A DNA stretch of 33,181 nucleotides, taken from positions 82,969,993 to 83,003,173 of the forward strand of contig NC_068986.1 in assembly GCF_001194135.2 (NCBI RefSeq), given 5' to 3'. Positions 10,561-20,162 of the stretch are shown here, piece after piece. Below the pieces are notes generated by a model. The model had not been told where the DNA came from, made no database searches, and saw only the letters and a list, made by a program, of their open reading frames with translations. Origin of the DNA: Octopus bimaculoides. Its lineage: Eukaryota. Both the position numbers and the translations under genes were made by a program. The number at the start of each line of letters is the position of its first letter. The stretch's first letter is position 1.

Positions 10561-10663
10561 AACGTGCTTCCAATAGGTGGTAGTAATTACTTTTTATAAT
10601 TTATAGATCCAGGGGAAATTGTTGTGACTGAACTCTCCCAAGCTTCTGTTACATTGCAATGTC

Positions 10664-10870
10664 GATACTACTAAAGCAGCGCGGACCCGAACGCGCAGTC
10701 GCGCGTCCACACTAGCTAGTCGTGAGTGGTCGATCCTAACCCTAACCCTAACCACGTATTCATTTGCACACGCGGGTTAGGGATAGGGTTAGGGTTAGGA
10801 TCGACCACTCAAAACTAGCTAGCGCGGACGCGCGACTGCGCGTTCGGGTCCGCGCTGCTTTAGTAGTACC
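10664..10870. mobile_element. 207-bp MITE with 9-bp TSD (Mutator-like by TSD length) and internal telomeric repeats
   Basis: TSD TGCAATGTC at 10655-10663 and 10871-10879. Arms of ~90 bp begin G(A/G)TACTACTAAAGCAGCGCGGACCCGAACGCGCAGTCGCGCGTCC. Inner ends read (CCCTAA)n at 10735-10753 and (TTAGGG)n-like at 10774-10799. Confidence 0.9.
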
Positions 10871-11039
10871 TGCAATGTCTATGTTCACAGACCTCTCTTT
10901 GAGCTAGCTCTGCGAACTATATTTTCATTCTTTTTTCTTTGATCATTTAAATAGTTTAATACAAAACCACATTAAATTACAAATCGTAAACAATAGTCAT
11001 GTTTCTTCCATAATTTTGTACAAAAGAAAGACAACGAAA

Positions 11040-11415
11040 AGAAGGAAAAAGGAGAGAGGAGAAAAAATGAGGAAAAAAAACATCAATGCAGCGCCAAATG
11101 CTTCAGTCGGTCGCACACCACAAGGTTCAACGGAACATACTGAAGCAAGCCAGCACCCACGCAGTATTACCACGGGTGATGGCGAGGCTAAGACGTTGGA
11201 AAAGCTAAGCGTGAGCCGCCAACTACAAGAACTTCGCCGTTAGAACTTCATTACAGGCCGGAAGAAATGGTTCATTAACAGGTCCCGATACATAAGGATT
11301 TTGTTCCGTTCGGCTACGGAAGCAGTGAGCCTCCCATTTACTGCAGCATCCAGGATTTGAGAGGGAGCAAAGGGGTCACAGACTGTGACATCCCAGATGA
11401 GGCACCTACCTCTTA
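11040..11415 (-). mobile_element. CRE-clade non-LTR retrotransposon 3' fragment (endonuclease region)
   Basis: Minus-strand VRGRCLIWDVTVCDPFAPSQILDAAVNGRLTASVAERNKILMYRDLLMNHFFRPV, then after a frameshift FQRLSLAITRGNTAWVLAC. Confidence 0.8.
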
Positions 11416-11943
11416 CCTAAGCTTTTCATGGCAGTCGAATAACTCCAATTCAACAGAAATTTGAACACACCTATGGTAAAAGACTTTCTTGCCATCATCA
11501 TCCGGTCTTTATTTATACACTGTCAAATGTGTCTTTCAGCATGTGATTTGTTGGTACCGAAGAAGGAAAAAAATATTTAAAAAATTTTGCCCGTAAATCT
11601 ATTCTAGCATATTAAGTTCCTTCATAAAGGCTCCCTTGTTGATAAATAATAGTTATATTGGATGTTTTTTTTAAATTTCATCATGCGTTTGATATAAATT
11701 GGAGGAAGTAAATTATGATTGAAGGTGTTTCTCAATTAAATTGTGTTAGGGACTTTTAGCATGTCACCGGTGTCATTTTGACAAGGGAAGCATTGTTATT
11801 GACACCGTGTACTTAATATCCCAATGTTTTGTTCAGTTAATTGATTTATATTGTATAAACTCACAAAAAAAATTCTTTTAACAATAATAGATTGTATTCA
11901 CACACACTTCTCAGTTTTTCAGAATTCCTTGTAACTTGATAAT

Positions 11944-14769
11944 ATGGAAGACGTTGATCACGTAGACACTTCAAATACAGCAGTTTTGAATGCTATAGAT
12001 TCAGATACAAGGACATACAACAGTGAGAAATTTTTACATAGTGAAACATTTACTAAACAAAGATCATTACAGAAAAACATTACTGAATATTGTTGTGAGA
12101 TTTGTAAGAAAAGATTCTCTTTAGAAGAGGAAGTCATCATACACAAAAAAATACACAACGAAAAATCTTACCAATGTGAAACATGCAGAAAATATTTTGT
12201 CAATAAGCGTTCTTTGACAAGGCATAAAAGAATACATACTGAAGAAAATCCCTGTCACTGTGAAATATGCGGGAAATCATTCTCTGTTAAGTCTAGTCTT
12301 GTAGTTCACAAACGTAGACACACTGGTGAACAACCATTTCAATGTGAAATTTGTGGGAAATCTTTTGTCGCTAACACTGATTTAACAAGTCATAAACGAA
12401 TTCACACTGGAGAAAAACCATATCCATGTGAATTATGTGGGAAATCGTTTACCAATAACAGCAATTTACACAGACATGAACGAATACACACTGGAGAGAG
12501 AAAATGTTCCTGTGAAACATGTGGAAAATCTTTTGTCAATAATAATGATTTAAGCAGACATAAAAGAACACATACTGGAGAGAAACCATATTACTGTGAA
12601 ATATGTGGAAAATCATTCACTAATGATTTTAATGTTGTCACTCACAAACGTAGTCACACAGGAGAAAAACCCTATAATTGCAAAATATGTGGAAAATCTT
12701 TTGCCAACAATAATGATTTAAACAGACACAAAAGCATACACACTGGAGAAAACCCTTTTAATTGTGAAATATGTGAGAAATCCTTTGTCAGTATTGGTAA
12801 TTTAAACAGACACAAAAGTATACACTCTGGACAAAAACCCTATCCTTGTCAAGTATGTGGAAAATCTTTTGTTAATAATAGTGATTTAAACAGACATAAA
12901 AGCATGCATACTGGAGAGAAACCATATCACTGTGAAATTTGTGGAAAATATTTTGTGAGTATAGGTGATTTGAACAGGCACAAGAAAATACATACTGGAG
13001 AAAAACCCTATCCTTGTGAAATATGTGGAAAATCTTTTGTCCATAATAGCTATTTAACAAGGCACAAAAGAATACACACTAGAAAAAATCTGTATCACTG
13101 TGAAATATGTGGAAAATCTTACACTGATAATACAAGATTTATTATCCACAAACTTAGTCACAGTGGAGAAAAGCCTTACTCTTGTGAAATATGTGAAAAA
13201 TCATTTGTCACTTTTTACGATAAAAAAAGACACAAACGAATACACCTTACAGAAAAACCATTTTGCTGTGATATATGTGGGAAATCTTTTATTCAAAATG
13301 CTCATCTTGTTATCCACAAATTTAGTCACACTGGTGAAAAACCTTATTATTGTGAAATATGCGGGAAAGCTTTTGCTAGTACTAGTCTTATGAAAAGGCA
13401 CAAAAGAATACATACTGGAGAGAAACCTTATCCCTGTGATATATGTGGAAAATCATTCTCTGTTAAGTCTAGTCTTGTAGTTCACAAACGTAGACACACT
13501 GGTGAACAACCATTTCAATGTGAAACTTGTGGCAAATCTTTTGTTGATAATACTGATTTAACAGGTCATAAACGAATTCACACTGGAGAAAAACCATATC
13601 CATGTGAATTATGTGGGAAATCGTTTACCAATAACAGCAATTTGCACAGACATGAACGAATACACACTGGAGAGAGAAAATGTTCCTGTGAAATATGTGG
13701 AAAATCTTTTGTCAATAATAGTGATTTAAGCAGACATAAAAGAACACATACTGGAGAGAAACCATATTACTGTGAAATATGTGGAAAATCATTCACTAAT
13801 GATTTTAATGTTGTCACTCACAAACGTAGTCACACAGGAGAAAAACCCTATCATTGCAAAATATGTGGAAAATCTTTTGTCAACAACAGTGATTTAAACA
13901 GACACAAAAGCATACACACTGGGGAAAAACTTTTTAATTGTGAAATATGTGGGAAATCTTTTGTCAGTGTTGGTAATTTAAACAGACACAAAAGTATACA
14001 CTCTGGAAAAAAATCCTATCCTTGTCAAATATGTGGAAAACCTTTTGTTAGTAATAGTGATTTAAACAGACATAAAAGCATACACATTGGAGAAAATCCT
14101 TATCCTCGTGAAATGTGTGGAAAATCTTTTGTCAGTGATAGCTTTTTATGCAGACATAAAAGCAGACTCAATGGAAAAATAGTGTTTCACTGCGAACTGT
14201 GTGGGAAATTATTTCTCACTAATAACAGTAGAAAAAGACACAAACTTATGCACCTTACAAAAAGACCATTTCATTGTGAAATATGTGGGAAATCTTTTAT
14301 TCAGAATTCTCATCTTGCTATCCACAAATTTAGTCACACTGGTGAAAAACCTTATCATTGTGAAATATGTGGGAAAGCTTTTGCTAGTACTAGTCTTATG
14401 AAAAGGCACAAAAGAATACATACTGGAGAAAAACCTTATCCCTGTGATAGATGCAGGAAATCATTCTCTAATAAATCTAGTCTTATTGTTCACAAACGTA
14501 GACACACTGGAGAACAACCATTTCATTGTGAAATTTGTGGAAAATCATTTGTTGATAATAGTGATTTAACAGGTCATAAACGAATACACACTGGAGAAAA
14601 ACCATATCCATGTGAATTATGTGGTAAATCGTTTACCAATAACAGCAATTTACACAGACACGAACGAATACACACTGGAGAAAGAAAATGTTCCTGTGAA
14701 ATATGTGGAAAATCTTTTGTCAGTAATAGTGATTTAAACAGACACAAAAGAATACATACTGAGTTATAA
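11944..14769 (+). CDS. Poly-C2H2 zinc-finger protein, 941 aa, 32 finger units (31 intact, finger 25 broken), no recognisable KRAB/SCAN/BTB/ZAD domain
   Basis: Uninterrupted ORF: 48-aa leader, then 28-aa units with TGEKP-like linkers. Acceptor ctcagtttttcag|AATTCC lies 21 nt upstream of the ATG with an in-frame TAA between them, so that intron is in the 5' UTR. Confidence 0.95.
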   Translation: MEDVDHVDTSNTAVLNAIDSDTRTYNSEKFLHSETFTKQRSLQKNITEYCCEICKKRFSLEEEVIIHKKIHNEKSYQCETCRKYFVNKRSLTRHKRIHTEENPCHCEICGKSFSVKSSLVVHKRRHTGEQPFQCEICGKSFVANTDLTSHKRIHTGEKPYPCELCGKSFTNNSNLHRHERIHTGERKCSCETCGKSFVNNNDLSRHKRTHTGEKPYYCEICGKSFTNDFNVVTHKRSHTGEKPYNCKICGKSFANNNDLNRHKSIHTGENPFNCEICEKSFVSIGNLNRHKSIHSGQKPYPCQVCGKSFVNNSDLNRHKSMHTGEKPYHCEICGKYFVSIGDLNRHKKIHTGEKPYPCEICGKSFVHNSYLTRHKRIHTRKNLYHCEICGKSYTDNTRFIIHKLSHSGEKPYSCEICEKSFVTFYDKKRHKRIHLTEKPFCCDICGKSFIQNAHLVIHKFSHTGEKPYYCEICGKAFASTSLMKRHKRIHTGEKPYPCDICGKSFSVKSSLVVHKRRHTGEQPFQCETCGKSFVDNTDLTGHKRIHTGEKPYPCELCGKSFTNNSNLHRHERIHTGERKCSCEICGKSFVNNSDLSRHKRTHTGEKPYYCEICGKSFTNDFNVVTHKRSHTGEKPYHCKICGKSFVNNSDLNRHKSIHTGEKLFNCEICGKSFVSVGNLNRHKSIHSGKKSYPCQICGKPFVSNSDLNRHKSIHIGENPYPREMCGKSFVSDSFLCRHKSRLNGKIVFHCELCGKLFLTNNSRKRHKLMHLTKRPFHCEICGKSFIQNSHLAIHKFSHTGEKPYHCEICGKAFASTSLMKRHKRIHTGEKPYPCDRCRKSFSNKSSLIVHKRRHTGEQPFHCEICGKSFVDNSDLTGHKRIHTGEKPYPCELCGKSFTNNSNLHRHERIHTGERKCSCEICGKSFVSNSDLNRHKRIHTEL
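12253..14769 (+). repeat. Higher-order tandem repeat of finger blocks (1176 bp, 1008 bp, partial 333 bp)
   Basis: Finger series A-N (12253-13428), A-H plus one broken finger plus L-N (13429-14436), A-D (14437-14769). For example YPCELCGKSFTNNSNLHRHERIHTGERK occurs at 12421, 13597 and 14605. Confidence 0.92.
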
Positions 14770-15400
14770 ATTGGCTGTGAAATTTCCACTAGACTGGAAA
14801 TCTTAACTGAAATGTAACAAACACTTTTTTGTCAAATCTAAACTTAAAATCCACCAAAAACACCTAGAGAAATATTTAGGGCAGTGAAATATGTCAGAAA
14901 TTTATTTGAATTTTCATATTTTAGTCTAGAAATGTGTTTTTGTTTAAGGGAAATCTTTTCATTAAAAATATTTGGAAAATGCTTATAAACTTGACAAATG
15001 AATACATATTAGAAAAAGATCTGTATTAATGTGAAATATATAATAATTCATTTAGTCTAAATTAAGTCTACACTTCTGATTCACAGATAAATACAAACTA
15101 GAGAAAATATAAGTTGAAATATGTTGAAAATCATTCTCTCTGTGTCCTAGTCTTGTAATTTATAAACACACATTGAAGATCTATTCATAGATATTTGTTA
15201 ATTAAGTTCCTTACTCAATCACAATTACGAGTGGAAAAACACTTTACAGAAGTGAAATTTGTGGTAAATTATTCAAAAGCCATGTTAAACATATATAAAC
15301 TGGAGGATAATACTGTAGTGATCATGTATTGAAAACAATGTCTATAAATAAATGTTAAAAAGAAAACAAACTACTGAGAGATTCATGTAAAATCTTACTG
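14770..15400 (+). pseudogene. Fossil zinc-finger remnants downstream of the stop codon
   Basis: Around 15080-15170 a broken reading gives HR.IQTREN...EIC*KSFSLCPSLVIYKHT. Also gaaatttgtggtaaattattc (EICGKLF) at ~15254. Confidence 0.6.
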
Positions 15401-15422
15401 ATATTTGTTACAATATTTATTT

Positions 15423-15596
15423 CATCTGCCGTTATCTGAGTTCAAATTCCACCAAGGCCAACTTTGCCTTTCATCTTTTCAGGGTCGATTAAATAAGTAC
15501 CAGTTATGCACTGGGGTCGGTGTAATTCACTGAATCCCTTTGTCTGTCCTTGTTTGTCCCTTCTATGTTTAGCCGCCTGTGGGCAATAAAGAAATA
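15423..15596 (+). mobile_element. tRNA-derived SINE, 5'-truncated
   Basis: B-box-like gagttcaaattcc and core ctttgcctttcatcttttcagggtcgattaaataagtaccag, shared with the copies at 15610 and 16118. Confidence 0.75.
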
Positions 15597-15609
15597 GATA
15601 TTTTTACAT

Positions 15610-15832
15610 AAGGCAGCGAGCTGGCAGAAACGTAAGCACGCCAGGCGAAATGCTTAGCGGTATTTTGTCTGTCTTTACGTTCTGAATTCAAATTCCGCCG
15701 AGGTCGACTTTTCCTTTCATCCTTTCAGGATCAGTAAAATTAAGTACCAGTTGCATACTGGTGTCGATCTAATCAACTGGTTCCTTCCCCAAAAATTTTG
15801 GACCTTGTGCCTATAGTAGAAAAGAATATTTA
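15610..15832 (+). mobile_element. tRNA-derived SINE with conserved central core
   Basis: aaggcagcgagctggcagaa head, ttcaaattcc B-box-like, core gacttttcctttcatcctttcaggatcagtaaaattaagtaccag. Confidence 0.8.
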
Positions 15833-16117
15833 TTTTTACATGTAAATTAAAATCATTTTACTGTAATATTTGTTGGATATTATTTTTTGGACAGTTGAAT
15901 TAGTTGTTTTAACACAATTTACCATAAAAGACAACAACATTTTTTTATAAAACTGTTGCTGCATATAACTTGTACAAACCTAAAGATAGTGGCTTCCACA
16001 TCTTGGTAAAACATGAGGTAGTCAGAACATTTCAATAGCTTGATCATAATAATAATAGTAGTCATCTTGAATAGAATTTTGCAGAACATTTTGATATTTC
16101 CAATATTTTGCTAGTTT

Positions 16118-16293
16118 AGGGCAGCGAACAAGCAGAACTGTTAGCAGGTCAGGTAAAGTGCTTAGAATTCCGCTGGGGTTGATTTTGCTTTTCCTTTTGG
16201 GGTCAATGAAATAAGTACCAGTTGAGTACAGGGGTCAATCTAATTAACTCCCCTCCAAAAAAAAAATTGCTGGCCTTGAGTCAAAATTTGAAA
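16118..16293 (+). mobile_element. tRNA-derived SINE (internally deleted) with 18-bp TSD
   Basis: TSD ccaatattttgct(a/g)gttt at 16100-16117 and 16294-16311. Head agggcagcgaacaagcagaa and core aaataagtaccagttgag. Confidence 0.8.
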
Positions 16294-16734
16294 CCAATAT
16301 TTTGCTGGTTTATACTGTTACACATGCTTAGATGCTGGTTTCTTGCCTACACATTTTTATTTATTTGTTGCTGGCGTTAAGGTCAATTCTGCTAACTCCA
16401 TTCTCAGTTATTTTGAATAAATATTGCTAGGACTGTTGTATCACGAACAAAGATTCAGTCTGAGAGACTGTTATCTTTTAACCATATAAAGACACCAATT
16501 CATAGCTACTTCAAGCTATAACAGTAAATAAATTGTAATAGCAGAAGAGGAAGATGAGTTCATAACTGCTGTACTTCGGTGAGGATTTACAACCCACTGC
16601 TATTGTAGCTGTTTTATTGTCTCCAGTTCATTCAGTATGAAATGGGACACATTCTCAGTGTGGATCTAGATTGTACCAAATTCTTAGCTCAAAATATTCA
16701 TGGCATTCTATTCTGATGTATCATGATTTAAAAC

Positions 16735-16880
16735 TTGCTGGAGCACAGCCTTGTAGGGTCTTTAGTGAAACAAACCACCCTAGTACTTATTTTTAAGTTT
16801 GATATTTATTCTATTGGTCTCATTTGCCAAGCTGCTAAGTTACAGGGATGTAAACAAACCAACATCAGTTGTCAAGCATA
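16735..16880 (-). mobile_element. SINE 3' part
   Basis: ctaagttacagggatgtaaacaaaccaacatcagttgtcaagc is the reverse complement of 29553-29600. Confidence 0.6.
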
Positions 16881-17059
16881 ATTGATATGGCTGAGATATA
16901 TATTTGTCAGTACATTTTCACATTTTCACACTATTATCAGCAGGTCACATTCACTCTTTCTTTGCTGTGGATGTGTAGTGAGTGCTTTTACGTGCCACTG
17001 GCATGAATTAATCATGCATTATCTTGTAGCTTTGGGATACTGTCTTGCTCAGTAATGAG

Positions 17060-17785
17060 GAAGAGATAGCAGTTCTCTAGGCCACTAAGATAGAAACAAG
17101 AAATTGGAAAGGTCAAACCTTAAACATGGTGATATAAGGAACGAAAGAAATAATTGAAGAATTGCCAGAAATAATAGCATTTGACAATATCGAAATGGTA
17201 GTCAGAGTAGAGGGCACGACCCCCCCAGATGCTACAAGTGTGGCCAGAAAGGTCACACTAGAGCAAACTGCCCTCTACAAGACAAAAGGGGAAAGGAAGA
17301 ACTGACAAGAGAAAAAGAAAAAATACTACCACTACCAGCAGCAGAAATAGAAGAAGGCGAATGGGAGATGCCTGGCAAGAAAAGGAAACGAAAAAGGAAG
17401 AAACTAGGTAAAACAAATACAGAACCCCACCCACTCCCTCCAACACGCATACAAATACATTCAGATACAAGCCATTCAACCTCCCCACCTCCCGAAAAGA
17501 AGTAACTATGCGATCATGTATGACAATACCAATGAGGGTCTGTGTGAAGAAATAAAAAAGTGGAAAAATTTAAGATCGGTGGACACTTGCAAATTCGACA
17601 ATGTGCAAGGGTGGCATTGCTGCTTGTTGCTAAACGAAGATCAGAAGAAAAAATTCAAAGGCAGATTTAAAATGTGGGAAGTGGAACTAGACATTGAAAA
17701 GTTACCATGGAACATGGATTACATGCAACTACTAAAGGAGTACGGGTTCGACATCTTTGAAGGCACCAAGTACAAAAAAAAAAAA
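17060..17785 (+). pseudogene. Gag-like (LINE ORF1-type) relic with CCHC zinc knuckle, ending at an A12 run
   Basis: EMVVRVEG, frameshift in a C7 run (17220-17226), RCYKCGQKGHTRANCP (CX2CX4HX4C, 17230-17271), basic tract GKKRKRKRKK, then ORF 17516-17788 ending in A12 (17774-17785). Confidence 0.65.
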
Positions 17786-17899
17786 TGAAGTAACTCAGAG
17801 GTGGGGCTGAGAAAACTTTCATTTCTTCTCTCATTTTCATTTTGTCATTCATTGTAACATACGCTTTTGGTTCTTTTTCTTCTTTCATTGTTTTTTTAA

Positions 17900-19004
17900 T
17901 TTGTTCGATTTTAAGTTATTTTTTCAAAGCTATAATAGGAGTGACAAGGAGCATATTAAGCATATTTTGCTTTATGAGTTCAATAAAGGCAACAACGCAA
18001 TGGAAAGTGTGAGGAATATTAATGCAGTATATGGGGATCGGACAGTAAACGTAAGCCAGTGTCAATGGTGGTTCCAGAAATTCTGAGCCGGTAACTTCAG
18101 CCTGTACGCTACACAAGCCTCATTGTGGAAGATCTGTAGAGTTCGACAAGGACGTCCTGCAAACCCTGGTGGAATAAAATCCCATTGTAACTGTTGAGGA
18201 ACTAGCAGAGAAGCTTGGATTTGGTCATTCAACCATTCATCGACATCTGTATGCCACTGGAAAAGTCAGCAAATTGGATCAATGGGTTCCTCACAAATTT
18301 TCTGAGTCTAATTGCATGCAGAGAGTGAATGCGTGCTCTACTTTGCTGTCACATCTCACGAATGAACCTTTTTTGGACCGAATAGTGACTGGTGATGAGA
18401 AATGGGTTCTCTATAGAAATGTCAAGCGCCGATGACAGTGGGTAGGGAAAGGAGAAACACCGACACCCCAGGCTAAAGAAGGTCTTCACTCATGTAAGGT
18501 GTTGTTATCTGTTTAGTGGGATATGAAAGGTTTAGTCCACTTGGAACTCAAACCAAACGGTAACAAAGGAGATCTACTGCGAGCAGCTTGAGCAGTTTAA
18601 GTCAGTGCTAGATGAAAAACGACCATCTTTGGTTTTGAGACGGAAGGTGTTCTTCCATCAGAATAATACTTGGCCATATACAGCAAGGATGACATTTCAA
18701 AGGCTGGAGCAGTTTGAATGAGGAAACAATGCCCCCACCCACCATATTCGCCGGACATTGTCCCCATCTGATTATCATTTATTCCGCAATCTCCAGAATC
18801 ATTTGGATGGAAAAAATATGAATTCTGTAGACGAGATCAGAACAGTACTGGAAGAATTTTTCCGTCATGGACAAGTGAATTTTGGAAGAGCATTGTAGAA
18901 AATGAACGAGAATATATTTTAGATTAAAAAAGAACTTTGTGTATCTTAATTTTGAGAGATAAAAGAAATTTTTAAAAAGCCCACATTATTTTTGGGATAA
19001 CCCT
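17900..19004 (+). mobile_element. Degenerate mariner (Mos1/SETMAR-like) transposon; left TIR not seen
   Basis: HTH DKEHIKHILLYEFNKGNNAMESVRNINAVYGD, RIVTGDEKWVLY, FHQNNT, HPPYSPDIVPSDYHLFRNLQNHL. TIR-like cattatttttgggataaccc at ~18983-19003. Many stops and frameshifts. Confidence 0.9.
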
Positions 19005-19319
19005 GTGTGCGTGCGCGCGCCTATGTGATAATTTCTCTTAAGCATAGCGATACTAATAACCAGTTGTTAGAACTCAATACGAGTACAGAGTGTAATGTTA
19101 ATTATTAAATGACACGGGAGCAGGGATCACATAATCTACTTCATTAACTTACATCTGTTTCTGCTATAAGAAACAGTGCACTCAGAGCCGAGTGCTTGTG
19201 CAACATCTTATAGCTTCCTTGAAACCATTATATACACAAACACACACACGTAGGTAGGTATGGATGTATGGTTATGAATGCTCATTGATCAGATCACTGT
19301 ACATTTATATTTAATTAGT

Positions 19320-19667
19320 GGCTATTCGTTTTGAATTTTCGATTCCCAGACCGGGCGCTGTGAGTGTTTGTTGAGCGAAAACACCTAAAGCTCCACGAGG
19401 CTCCGGCAGGGGATGGTGGCGAACCCTGCTGTACTCTTTCACCACAACTTTCTCTCACTCTTACTTCTGTTTCTGTTGTGCCTGTAATTCAAAGGGTCAG
19501 CCTTGTCACACTGTGTCACGCTGAATATCCCCGAGAACTACGTTAAGGGTACACGTGTCTGTGGAGTGCTCAGCCACTTGCACGTTAATTTCACGAGCAG
19601 GCTGTTCCGTTGATCGGATCAACTGGAACCCTCGACGTCGTAAGCGACGGAGTGCCAACAACAACAT
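19320..19667 (+). mobile_element. SINE-like element with (CAA)n tail
   Basis: B-box-like ttcgattccc at ~19339. GC-richer body ending ...cgacggagtgccaacaacaaca. Confidence 0.6.
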
Positions 19668-20162
19668 TCGTTTTGAATGAAATATACGCCAAGACGAAGT
19701 TGTTTGATCTCTAGTGAACGCGATCCGGCAAACTATAATACTGTTGCATTTATTTTTATTATCGAGAACTACTCTGTCGAATCTTTTATTCCCACCCCCA
19801 TCACATTTTTTAAGATGCAAGGGCACAATTTGAAAGGAATTTGGCTGATACTTTTATAGGGTTTCAGATCCTCTGTCGTTGATACGTAATAAATATGTTG
19901 AACCATGTTTTATAATGAGTTGAACATAACTGACGGTATTTTGAATGTATTAAATTATGTTAGGAACTTTTAACCTATGTCACCGGTCTTATTTTGTTGA
20001 GCGAAATATTGTCACTGATACCGCTTACTTGATTGTAATTAATTCAGTCAATTCAATTGTATCATGTAAACACAGTATCATGAAATCTATGAACCATAAT
20101 AGATTATTTTAATAGACATTTCGTAGTTTTTTTTTTTGTTTAAGAATTCCTCGAGAACTAAT

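Noticed and set aside
10735-10799. Interstitial telomere or chromosome-fusion scar
   Set aside because: Only about three to four repeats per side, in the orientation opposite to a fusion, and enclosed in a TIR element with a TSD.
11944-14769. 84-bp periodicity resembling a CRISPR-like repeat-spacer array
   Set aside because: It is fully explained by in-frame C2H2 finger units in a eukaryotic ORF. There are no unique spacers or cas genes.
15610-15700. tRNA genes at B-box-like motifs (also 4600-4640 and 29400-29445)
   Set aside because: No cloverleaf can be formed, and each motif continues into a shared SINE body.
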